From assembly GCA_030248215.1 (NCBI GenBank), contig JASANG010000753.1, positions 620,001 to 684,000 on the forward strand: a stretch of DNA of 64,000 nucleotides, read 5' to 3'. The notes under the pieces were generated by a model, which was given only the letters and a program-made list of their open reading frames with translations, searched no databases and was not told the DNA's origin. The position numbers and the translations under genes are program-made. The stretch comes from Enoplolaimus lenunculus. Lineage: Eukaryota. Numbering within the stretch: the first letter of the stretch is position 1; each line of letters opens with the position of its first letter. Shown piece by piece: positions 10,294-22,900 of the stretch.

Positions 10294-10484
10294 GTGCCAG
10301 AACCCCCATTTTTCCTCTACTAGCATTATTAATATAGACATGATTTTCAATTATTTTTCGCTGTTTCCGGAAAAAAAGTTAAAAAATACTGTTGTTTTCG
10401 GTCGATTCATTTTTTCGGAAAAAACCAACCCTGTACTTAATTAAAACATAAAACTTGTATTATACAGAAAACAGTTAATTTCAG

Positions 10485-11218
10485 GCAAAATTGACACTTT
10501 CCTTGAAAAAATTCGCAGTGGCGCCTTATATCCACATTTGTCGGTCAGCGGAGGGACAGGACACAGTATTTTTGCGGCGACAAATCCGTCAATGTACCGA
10601 TATTTGCCGATTGATGACGACCTAAAACACAAAGAAATGTATGGCGCAACGTGTCAAATTGTTTTCGCAACAAAACATGTCAAGGTAATATAAACTAAAA
10701 GCTTCTGCTTATAGGTAGGGCAATGTATAACCGGAAGTCTGCCTTCACTGGCAGAAAATCAACTCCTCGTCTGCGGTAGAATTTTTGCTAAAAGTTTCGG
10801 CAATTTGTCGATGAGTTAATCCGTAACTTTTGGAGCAATTTTGATAGGCAGCTTTAATTACCGAGATTTCGGTTCACGCTGTCTGGCCGCCTGTCGTAGA
10901 TGTCCGTGTTCAGGCTGTCCCGGTACATAAACCGGACCGTTTTCAGCGCTGATTTGTCACATGCTGCACTCCTGCTTGCAATTGTCCCCGGACAGCGGCA
11001 CGGTCCTCGTAGTGTATTAATATGGGCCAACATTTTTTCAAAAACGAGTTTAAAACTAATTGTTAAAACTAGTAATTTCAACAGCATAGGTACATGGCTA
11101 AAATTAACTAATTTACGATCATTTTTACTACCTCTTTTTCGCCTCACCTCCGGCTCCGGCTCCTGCAAGTTTCGTTGACTTCCGGCTCCGGTATTTTCTC
11201 ACTTCCGGTTGCACCCTG

Positions 11219-11249
<31 letters not shown>

Positions 11250-11826
11250 ACTGTTTTTGGACTGCAATTATGTCGTCTAGACCCCACTCTTGCTTTACTG
11301 GAAACTCCAAGGAACCAGCTTCACCTGCGGCAAATTTTGTTGTGCTCCGGCTCCGACTCGAGCTGCAGTATTTTTCACCTCCGTTTGCACTCTGAAGGCT
11401 ATTATCTCCCCGAAATTTCTGGAGACTCGGCAAAAGTTCTTATACGGTTATACCTTTCCGAAAACAAACCCTGGCTATGCCCCTGAACCACAACCCTATG
11501 TCTTACGGTCAATTTATTTACAGAAACACATCCTCAAATGGCTTGTACTATGCGCATTGCAATCTGACTGTATGGGATTCCGCACTGAGCTTTATTGCAA
11601 TTTTGACGGTGACAGATATAATCGATATGCAAATTGCCATCGTTATGACCAATCTGCACTTTCTATATTGCTTGGTCATGCAAATTCATTTAACGCGTCG
11701 CGCTACGTTACAAACGACCCTCCGTTATATGTAAATCGTGGAAAACGACATATGATATGGTGGTATCGGTTCAAATCCCAAATGTCTGAACACGCGAAAA
11801 ACGTGTATAATTATTTGTTTAGCTGA
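10485..11826 (+). CDS. DUF1647-like nematode protein, last two exons (10485-10684, 11524-11826); upstream exons not in window
   Basis: TTTCAG acceptor, AAG|GTAATA donor and TTACAG acceptor join in frame to give TGHSIFAATNPSMYRYLP...MYGA...K|KHILKWLVLCALQSDCM...NCHRYDQSALSILL, matching the DUF1647 motif series. Confidence 0.8.
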
Positions 11827-13059
11827 ATCGTTTACTCTTTGTCGGGTGCGAGTTACTTTTAGGGTCGTCCCGGTTTCTGGTGGGTCTGTAAAACAGTACG
11901 CTTAGAGTCTAGACTACAGGTACTGCTTACGCTTTAGGTTGAGCAGTACGCTATTTTTCATCACCGCTTAGACTTAGGGAATATGCTTAATCTATATAGC
12001 TACAGCCCTAAAAGTAACATTGGCCCTTTCATGCATATATACTATGACGTGCATCTGCAAGACAGCCTCTGTCACACACATCAGCTTCAAAGACTCACGA
12101 TGTCCACATCTCAGCTTTTTGATTGGGACTCAGAAGTGAATATTTGTACGGAAAAGTGTGGGTGATATAGCCTTATTTAAAGATTTGTATTTACTGAATC
12201 TGTTGTTTTTTAGATTTTCATTATCCACAGAAGCGAAATCTACCTTCGATGGTTTCGTTTCGGCGATTTTTAAGCTTTATGTACTAGATTAATGAAATCT
12301 AATTGTAATTTTTGTCGTCATTTGTCAGTTAAATGCTCAATGTGTACTGACCACAATTTTAATACCAAGGTTTTTAATTTCGGCAGAAATTTACCGGAAC
12401 CGGGATGTGATCGCGATTGGATTCGCACTGTATTATACCTACAGATGACAAAATTTGTTTTAATACCCTGACAGACTGGTGAATATATGCTCACCTCATT
12501 GTGTATCAGAAAAATAAAACATGTTGGAAATTTTTATACTTCCATATCAGTTTACCGTTTCCGTTATTTTGATCGCGATCCGTTTCCGTTATTTCTACTA
12601 TCCGTTAACACCCTGCTAACCAGAGTTCTGCTCTTGGCAGTTTTATCTGTTGGTTCCGGCAATAAGATTAACCCATGCGCTTCAACGAATTGAGTTCTGC
12701 GGGGTAATTTGAATGGTAATTTTGCTACATATCCAGTTTAGGTCCAGACAAATACTGTTCACCGCTATCTCTGGTTTTGACCTATGGTTGAAAGCTACTG
12801 TATTGTGCTATACTAATGTTCGTTTGCCCGTAATGTGATACTACACTAGATGCTCGGTGCACAAAGAATGTCGTTTACTTCCAATAAGTTCTACAACACT
12901 ACATAATGACGCATGAAACGTAACCGGTTGTCATTGAAATGTTTCGAATGAGGAGCAAGCTGTGTGAAAATTTGTATTGAAACCGAAAGCAGTAGAGCAG
13001 CGTAACCAAAGACCAACGAATAGTGTACGAATTACAAATTAGCTATACGTCAGGATTAA

Positions 13060-13326
13060 CCCTTTCACTCATAGAGTACATATAGTATGAGGAACTAAAT
13101 ACAATAATGTACGAGCAATACATACACTGTGAACAGTGTTTAATATTTATAACATATATGCACAGTGCAACATCTCCACAAGACGTGAGAGCCTACACGA
13201 GCTCGAGCGTCAAGTTCCTATAGCTCACTGGTCATCGTAACCGCCTCCCACCCGTGAGACTGGAAATCGAATCTTACCTTGAAATTACATCTCATATGAA
13301 ATTGAAAATATTCATGTAAGAAAACG
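13060..13326. mobile_element. piggyBac-like MITE with internal tRNA-like segment, copy 1
   Basis: Flanked by TTAA at 13056-13059 and 13327-13330, CCCTTTC start, and similar along its length to copies at 43818-44084 and 60391-60648. Confidence 0.75.
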
Positions 13327-13971
13327 TTAAGAAACATAAATCTCAAGATCCATAGTTCTATTAGACGAGGCCATCGAGATTGTTTAAAGCAACGTCTACT
13401 TACATTGGCAGAAACATTGACGGCATTTAACTATGAGAGCCAAGCAAAAAATAGCCCAAACCGGAACATTACAATACACCATGCTATACGCTTTTACGCA
13501 AAATTTTGTTCAAAACAACAAGAACATACAACACAATAACAAAAGTGAGACCAAATAAGACGTAAAACGAAACAAATTCGGCACACAGAAATTGTTATCT
13601 TAATCATGACACAAACTGCATCATGAAAATATATTTCAAACTAAATGTTTACCTTGCACCCAAATGAAACCAGCAAACCAGAATCTTTCAATCAATGCAA
13701 AGAAAGCCGTTCTGGCTATTTTAAGTTAAGAAAAAATGGGTCACTCGGCTAAGGTGCGCTACTATTGACTTTAAATTTTTGATATAAACAGATTAAAATT
13801 AAAATTTTTGAATCTAAATATAATCCAAATTGCTGTGTATCCTGTTACCAGAATTTGTTTGCAGCTGGATCTACGAACATTTGTACCAACATTTCCACGA
13901 AGTACAGCATTTTGTCAACAAAACAAAAATTATACGATTCATATACAGATGCGAGATTTGCTTTGTTCATT

Positions 13972-16900
13972 TCAATTAGCATTGGCTTTTATGATCTAAA
14001 ATAAAATGAATGTTTTACCAAAGTGATTTGTAAGCACATTAATCAATATAAAGCAAAATTAACTTGGGATTACAGTATCTTGTCGTGCGGCACCGGAGGG
14101 TGTCGCAATTCGAAACTTTTTTACAAATTATTGCAATGCAGCCACAGGTGAAAATTCAGGTGCGTTGCAGTACGGCACCGGACGACGCCGATTAAGGCAT
14201 TAGAATGTTCAATATATTATTTACTTCCAGGAAAATTAAAGCCTCAAAATTAGATTTACATCTCAGAACTACGTTTCGGAAACATTCACTTTAGCTATGT
14301 TTATGTCTATTTTACTTTTTAGCTTAAAACTTAAACATTAAACAACTCGAATACTTCGCAATCCGAATTTATACACCTTCAATCACGCCCCCACAATTCT
14401 ACGACTACACAAATTTTATGGCTGCTTTTAGACTAACCTCGTTTATTGTAGCTTTAATATAATCTTTTCGTTTGCTGAGGTCAAAGTTGGGATACGCTCC
14501 AATCACCTATAACGTAAAAATTACAATGCAGGGCTTATACCAGCAGAGTTAATTTTCGTTAATTGTCAGTTTGCTCGGACGCAGCATGTAAATAATGGCT
14601 CAGCAAAACATGCAGTTCATTTGAGTAGGCCCTGGCCATACCGGAAAGTTACCAGCAGGTTTTCAGCCGGTCGGATGGGTACAATGGGCAGTCACAAATA
14701 TCGCCATCAATTCAGAAAGACCACTCTAATTGCTGAACTACCAACAACTACTAGCATAGGCCACTAATTCACTTAACACAGCAGTTATGACTCGTGCATC
14801 AGAACCTACACACAAAACCCACAGTATAATAATTTATATACCTGTGCTATAACCGATTTCATCGTTGCTTCCTGAAGGTCTGAATTTCTAATGATTTTTT
14901 GTATTTTCTTTTTCAATTCAGTATCCTAAAAATTGCAATGACAATAATCAAGTAGTTGACTTAAAGCAAACCAGCAAATCAATCAGCATTTTGTAATGGA
15001 TATGATTGATACTAGTCAGAGGTTGACCGGATATTAATTTGACCGGATACAGTAGCCAGATAGTAAATTTTTTGCCGCAACCGCAAGTTAACCAGATTCG
15101 CTGATTTAAAATTAATAGCTGACTTGGATTTTTCATCCGAAAATATCCAGTATTTGGTAGGTTCATACATTTTACTGGAACCGGATGTCGGTTTAGTGGG
15201 ATATTAAACCGAAAAAAGAAATCCGATCGAACACGGTTAAAAGTAAAAATAATATGGAGTTACCACCAAAACATTGCTTGCAAGGAATCTGAACCAAACA
15301 AAATATTATTCATTCACAACTCTATTAAAACATTCAACGTACGGTAGGAGAACCATCTGCTTTCGTCTTCTTTGCTAACGGCTCCTTAAAAATAAAAATA
15401 TCGAAAACTTTAATTCGACTCAAGTGTTTGTCTAAAAAGGACCGTTTGTTTTGACCAAACAAAATACATTCTTACAGAATATTTATCGCCCCCGATTGGT
15501 GCCTGTCCTTGACCCGGACAAGGTAAAATTCCGGCAAATGGGTGAATATACTACTAGACAGCCTCTGGAACTAAAACGAATATGAACAAGAAACCGATTA
15601 ACCATATTACCAAAACCGTGTGATGCTTCCTACAAGTTAATGATAGCTCGCGTAGATTTCGAATTAATAAAATGAAACAAATTTCACGTTTGATTTGCCT
15701 TACTAAGCGAGAAGTTTGCTTGTTTTACAATTACAACCTGATAACGGAACCTACACACAGTTGAAAAAAAGCTTCTAGATGCGTAGACTTGGGACTAAGA
15801 CGGCATACCGTGCAGCGAATGTGTATGTACCAATTAAAACTGATGATTGCTGTACACAGTTGAGAATATGGGCACCAGAATCAGTAAGACTTGAGATTAG
15901 GACATTTCTTACATCTTCATCATCATCGCCAGAATCATTGGAAGCATCCGACTGTGAACCACTTTCGCTGGCACTTCCTTCGCTCGCATCGTCACCGTCA
16001 TCCGATCCAGCATCTAAAACAACTCGCACTACAACTTGTGTTTTTATTCTCAAATGTGTATTGAAGTTTTCGAATCAGCGAATGGTCAGCTACAAAATTC
16101 TTCACCTTTTTGCGTTTGATACAAAATTTTGCACCTTTTTGCGTTTGATTTGTCCTACTTCTGTGCCAACTTTTAGATCCGTCGTTGCAAAATATCGTCG
16201 CTTTAAATCCTGTCGCTAACTGGCGATTCATGCTATACATATTTGAAAATACGGAACGTAAGCAAAGTGTTGTGGGCTTTCAAGCGAACAAAATGAAAAT
16301 GACATAACTCGAAACCGGTAACTAAATGAAAACCGGGATGTTTCCCTCACAGGTTCGTGTGCAACTAACTATATTATATGCTATTGTCGATAGAGTGACA
16401 ACAGTAGTTCATATTCGGTTACGAAATTTGGGGCAAAAATTCTTGTTTCTCAGGCAAAAATTCTAATCGCTCGTAATCCGTCTGAATCCAGCAAGGTTCG
16501 GCAACACCTGTTTGTGTTTAAATGTAGTTTTGTACATATTGAACATCGTTGGAAACGCCAAGCAAACATTAGAGATGATACGGTTAGATATATACTTGTG
16601 TGGATAACTCTACATTTCACTCTACAACAGGTTAACTCCATTTAGGCTTATAGTAAAATTGAGTGCATTGTTAAGCTTAAAATAATAAATCTAAACACAA
16701 AACGCGACCTTTCATTGGCATTTTTTCGAGTCAGTTTTTATTTTAGCCACGACTCCTAACCTGAAAAATAAGTTTTACGAGATTTACCAAACTGACTAAC
16801 AAATTACTGAGTTACTAGCGTTTTGGTTCAACTTAAAACTTTAATGCATATTAAACGCAACGCATAATACTCCGTTAGCAAACTACATATTGTTCGAAGT

Positions 16901-19900
16901 TTTAGTCAGATTGGCTAAAGGAGATTAAAAATAAAAAATAAATGAAGCTTTTCGAGTTGTTAGTTATTACCTTCGTTCTCTACTGCTTTCCTCTTTTTCG
17001 GTGACTTTGCCTTCTTCACATGAGCCTTTCCCTTTCCTTTCTTTCCAGAGCTTTTACGCTTGCCTAAATATTTTAACATTACACTCGGAGGCATTTTGCA
17101 ACTTAACAGACTAGAGAAATCCGGACTATATGTATTTTTCAGTATCCGGTTCTACTCATCTGAAAGTTAGACTGCGGCCGCTAACCTAACGAAACAAAGT
17201 TAACGGCGGTTTACACTTTTCCAAGGATTTCAGCGTTTGTTGGATCCGGAGGTTTTGTTTCGAGACAGGGGCAAGTTGCTTCTGCTGTAATCAGGATGCG
17301 ACCGGATAACCGAATCCCGATTAATATTTAAAAAATTTAACATCTTACAGCGATTGCATTTCTGGCCAAGTCAAGAAGTTCAAGCTTTGATACACTAAGA
17401 TAAAAATAGGAAATTGAAGCTACCAATTAATTTTAATTCAGTAAACATATATTTTGCGCGACTGACTCACTTCAAACAAAGCACACGTTTTAATGCTATA
17501 TCCGGTATATATCTGGTTCCCGTTAAAAAATTCACTATCCGGCGGATCCTGTAAATTAATATCCGGCCCCACATCTTGCTGGCTATAAGGCTATAACATA
17601 TTTTTGTATTCTCAAATACAATCATGGAAACAAGGCTGAATTTGGACTTTTCCGTAAAAAGAAACCCTTACGTTTTCCAAATTTTGATAACATTTCGAAG
17701 ATAGTTTCATTCAAATAGCTACACCCCCGAGTATGAATATTAATAGTTTACTGCAGCTGGACTTACGCTTTGTCGTTTTAGGACGTAGCACAGGTGAGTC
17801 CAAAGTGTACGGCATACACAAATATTCAAGTAATCGATCCGCTAAATCATCTCGAATGCCACTACGTTCCAATCCTAGCAGCGCTAGCATTGTTTTAAGT
17901 TTTTGCACTGTGTACCTAAACACTGTCACTAGACAATATACAATTTGAAATAATTTTCCGCGTTGTATATAAAGATTTGTGTGCAAACACAAAACCCCTT
18001 AAATAATCTGTATACTTAAAATTAAAAGAAATGAACAAAAATTCAAATTAAATAAGCGTTGATTATGCATCGTGAAAATATGCAGTATGCGACCAAATAT
18101 TAATTTACCGGATACCGGAACAATTTTTCATCGGAAACAAATCCTGATATATCATCTACACTTGTACGCTGTTTAAAGTATTTTAATTGCGAAAAATATA
18201 TGTTTGCTGAATTAAAAGTTATTAATTGTTAGCTTAAACTTTTCATTTCCACTTCAGCGTATCACAACTTTAATTTTTTGACTTGCCCATTAATGCAATT
18301 GCAGCAAGATATTAAAGATGCTCACACGTTTTAAAAAAGTTTTATGAAGGTCAGGACCACACCATAAATATTCGGTATCCGGTAGGTTTACATCGGATAT
18401 CGGTTTCTACCGGTCATTAAACCGGATACAGATATCCGATCGCACCATGCACATGAGAACAGCGACAACGTCAACAGCAGGAACAATTTTCATCATAGAA
18501 AAATAACTATTACTCCTGGCTTTAATACTGCTTACCGAAGGCTTACGTTTAGCTTTAAACTTTCTCCGCTGATTTCCGCAGCTGTCCAATAGGGTGGAAA
18601 CGGCGGGGCCCGATAATTTAATATCCTTGCAGGAGTAGAATAATTAATTAAAACCTAATACTAAATGGCATTCAAATATCAGAACCATTTTTAGCACTTG
18701 AAAAATGACCCCAATCAGGTATTTTATGTTTCCGTAGCTTTGCGTTCAGATGTAACATTTGTTTGGTATATGTTTCTTTTAATGGCATCCAGCATGGGTT
18801 AACCGGAATTCATGTTCCTGCCATAATTTCTGCAAAAATACAATTTCTAACAAAAGTTTTTTGAATATATTTAACAGCTCACAAATGCCGTTTAATTCAT
18901 ACAATTAAACTAATAAATCGCCACCAAACTTTATTTTTTACTTAATTTATAATTTAGGAATGGTGGTACAAACGCGACAACTGAAAACTTTCACAAACCT
19001 ACCCCCAACTCCAATCATAACAGACGTTGCACACATATGAAAATGAACTTTAGCGGAATATATGCGACCGTCAGTGCAAATATTAATGAAAACATTACTT
19101 GATTATAAACTCTATAACTTCTATTAAAACAGTCACAGTGTTGAGAGAAGTAAACAAATGCCAAACTTTTATACATTTAGTCCAAAATACGAGCATAACA
19201 TTACTGCATCCATTCATCAACTCAAACTAGTTCAGTTAATAGCAATTGTTCATCGCTTTATCACCTCTTTGGTCTCGATTAGCAAACCACCAAGACTCGT
19301 GAAAAGCGGGACTGAGACCAGCCAAATCTCGAGATTTACCGAGACCGCCATTTCTGGGTGCCTGACATCCGGCCGCCGCACACTGGGTGGTACTGTATTT
19401 TTCAACGATTTTAACTAGTTTCTGATACACCGCAAAAACACCGTCTTTAGCCACCCATTCCTTCATCAGTAACAGATACGTAGCACTTACTTTCGTAACG
19501 CCGCCCGCTTCGCCTCGTATTGTTTCGACCCAACTTCAAACGCGAATCCGCAAAATTGTTTCAAGTTCCGGCGAATTTCATGCACTGCACCTTCGCGACC
19601 AAAACAAGCACGATGCAACAGTTTGACTTCATCTTTTTTGGCAGCGCCAATCAATTCAACAATATACTCGATGTCGCCCAACCGTTCACCGCGACCGTCT
19701 TGTACATCGATCGGTTTGCGGCCATGCGATAATTGATACGGCGATTCGGTTGCAGTCAGCCGGTCAACTTGTCGCCGTTGTCGCTTGCCGTGAAGCTCGA
19801 GAGGAGCTTCGAGTAACGCTGTTGCAAAAAGTCAGTTTCAAATTACAAAAAAATAATTTTATACAAAACAGAAGGAACCAGTAGAAAGAAGTTTCAAAAG

Positions 19901-22900
19901 TTGAATCTCTAGGTATTGACTGTGGCCAAGATGCTTGAAGGTAGAGGAAGGCTGTACAAAATGCAATTTTAAATAAGGGAAAAACCAATGCTAACAGAAG
20001 TTTTAAAAGCTAAATATCAATGTTTCCTTTTTCCAAGAGAAGGCAATCAATTGGGGCGGGAATTCTTCAATAAGGAATTTTTTCAATATGAAATTGGTAT
20101 TGTTTTAAACGAAAACCACAGTTAACCAGCTACAACCAATCGCTTGTATACAACATGTAAAAGCACTTTATACAGATACACAGCTTTCAAACACAAAGTT
20201 GGTATTGTTTTAAGGCATAATAATGCTGAACCAGGAAGGGAAATAATATCGATTGGGGAGTGGACCGAAAATGTTCAAGTTTGACAATTCCTCCAGTAGT
20301 AAACTCACCAAAATGTATTTGTATTATAAATCTAGAATTCCAAGCGAAATTTAGTCGCGTCATCGATCTAAACTTTGTCAGTTATTTACCTGGCAGTATT
20401 TTACTTTTGTTGCAACTGTAGTTGAACTTACGTGTTTTCTGTGTGCTTGCTGATTCAAACTCAACGTCATCCTCATCGGTAAACGATTTTTTGTTATCCT
20501 CTGGTGCCATCCGTGAAGCCTTTGACTCTGGGCCTAGAAATCATTGAGAAGTTTAAGCTTGTAATGACTGGGTTTCTGGAATATTACTTAATGAGCGATT
20601 CGCCGTAGTTTCGCAAAGCGTTTTATCTTTGTACTCGGTGGTCGAAAAGGTGGATGCACGTCCATCTATCACTCCGATGAGAATCTCAGAAACCACTGAA
20701 CCGATTTTGATAAACTTGTTTTGTTTGAAAGATTATTATCCTGTGGAGTTAAATTCGCATTCGTGTTTTAAAACTCTAAGCTAATTTGAATAATTAGTTA
20801 AGCCAAAATATAGGGTTTACACGTTATCTGACTTCAAAACTAAAGGTTTTTGGGGTGCAAGGAATCCAAATAAATTGTTTATAAATTTGCTAATAAGTAA
20901 TTAGTATATATTAGCTTAATAAGTGCATTATATATAAAGGCCTATATCGGTTTTGTCGATGCAAAACATTAAGTTCCGTAAGATTTTTGGATAGAAAGCT
21001 CTTAAATATGTCTCTCAAAACTTGCTATACTTGCAAGCAAATTAGCAGCAACTAGCTAATTAGGTATCAGCTATTCAGATTATCGCACGCGAGCATAGGG
21101 TCAGTAAGTTGATCTGAGCTTCGCTCAACACATGTAGTACCACAGCGAGTGGAACTATTAAGGCTTATGTAAGTACTTATTTAAGTCACCAACTTCAGTA
21201 AACACTAGATTTTTTATGGTAGACAAAGAATTGTAGTATTTATATAATAGTTAAGTTATGCTTTGAGAAACGAAAAATTGGTTAAGTAATTATTTAGCTA
21301 ATACTTGCTTGAGCATAATGTTAAATTAGGAATGGTTTTACAAACCCCGAGCGAATTTTTCAGGCCAAGCACAAAACATCGTCCAGATAAATATACGTAC
21401 GTATTTCTTGCATTTTTGTTAACTTACTCTTTTTAACTGCGGGCCGACCACGGTTTGATCCTTTTCGAGCCGGACTAGTTTCTGATGAACCCGATTCTGT
21501 AACAAAATGCCAACAAAAGCTCGGATTTGGCAACAATTTGTGGTTCGGTAGCTGGTAGGGATGAGCTGATACCGAAATTTTTGCCGATGTCAATTGCAAT
21601 TTAAATAAACAATGCTTAAAAACAGATACGATACAACCAGGGCTATAACAGGAACTAAATTGTGCTGAAACAGGAACCGGAATTTGAAATAATGTTCAAC
21701 ACCGAATTACTATTTTTAAGTAAACCCGCTAAAAAGGTACCTCAAGCGAGTTATTTTGACTTCTTTTTGATTTCCATCATTCGAACACAATCACTCACCA
21801 AATATTTCAATTTAACAACCTATTAACTAAACTGAATGAAATGAAAGCCATAAAAATTGATAATTCCGGCCGGAATAGGAATTGCTGACGAACCGTGGAT
21901 ACATCACATCATTATAAATGCGAAGAATTAAACCTAACAACCATAAAAGATTAAATTTTATGAGAACGGTTCATTTGAATTACTTTTCAAGCACTAATAC
22001 AAGAGAGATATCAGTTCCCTTCATCAGACGCGTATGCCAACAATTGAAATTAGTAACATTCCAACTCACTATTATGTTAAAAAATTATCGGCAGTTTTGT
22101 GCAGTACCGATGAGTTCTAGCTATTGAGAAATGTGCCTCTTACTAGCTCGACGTGGAGTCAAGGAAGAGAAAATTAACATTTTCAGCAACAGAATAGCAC
22201 GGGACAATCAATGCACTAGGCAATTGCCTTGTCAATTGCAAAACGGTTCGACACTTCGACGGGTTATTAATTATCCGGAACCGGATATAGCACTTAAATT
22301 CGTACACTAGTTGAAGTATTGGGTTGCAAAATAGTATACGTACGTTTCGTTTATTAAATTAGGAATTTGACTAGACCATAAATAAAATAACAACAAGAAG
22401 TCAAAGTCGACCACTTGTAAAAACAATTTTTGAATTATATACAGAACCATCACCGCAATACCGAATACCAAATATCGGATTTTTGCTGAATATAAACGTG
22501 GATCCGGATATTCGGGCGAACAAACGTCAACTTCATAGACTAACTCTCCTAAACGAGAAACCATTGCATATAGCAGAGTCCACAGCTATATTCGAATGTA
22601 GTAATGCGACCTTCGTAGTCTGCAATTGCGGTTTGAATTCGGCTGTGAACAAGCCAATCAAACAGCCGAACCCAACAGTGTTACGCAATATATTATGGTA
22701 ACAATTTTAAGCGATCAAAATTTTAAATAACTTCTAATATAAATCCATAGTTTACAAAATAATTACGTTTGCAAAGAATGTAGTTTTACTTGAATAATAA
22801 ATGTCATTAGTTTTGCAGGTCGAAAAGCAATGTTCCTATTTCGTAAGTATTCTGAAGCAAATTATCGATACATCAGAAATTTGCAAAATGCAAGGGTTGG

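Larger units (their letters stand above)
1..10321 (+). mobile_element. Polinton/Maverick (adintovirus-like) element, right-hand portion, partly decayed; left part lies outside the window
   Basis: Intronless, co-oriented cluster of integrase, penton-like protein, conserved Polinton-type ORFs and protein-primed PolB. Candidate terminus ...CCCCCATTTTTCCTCTACT at 10321 (reverse complement AGTAGAGG..., fitting AG...CT Polinton ends). ATPase, protease and major capsid genes are not seen in the window. Confidence 0.93.

Noticed and set aside
11290..11523. 5' part of the 178-aa ORF 11290-11826
   Set aside because: Lies upstream of the splice acceptor at 11523 and consists of MITE-like intron sequence; only 11524-11826 is coding.
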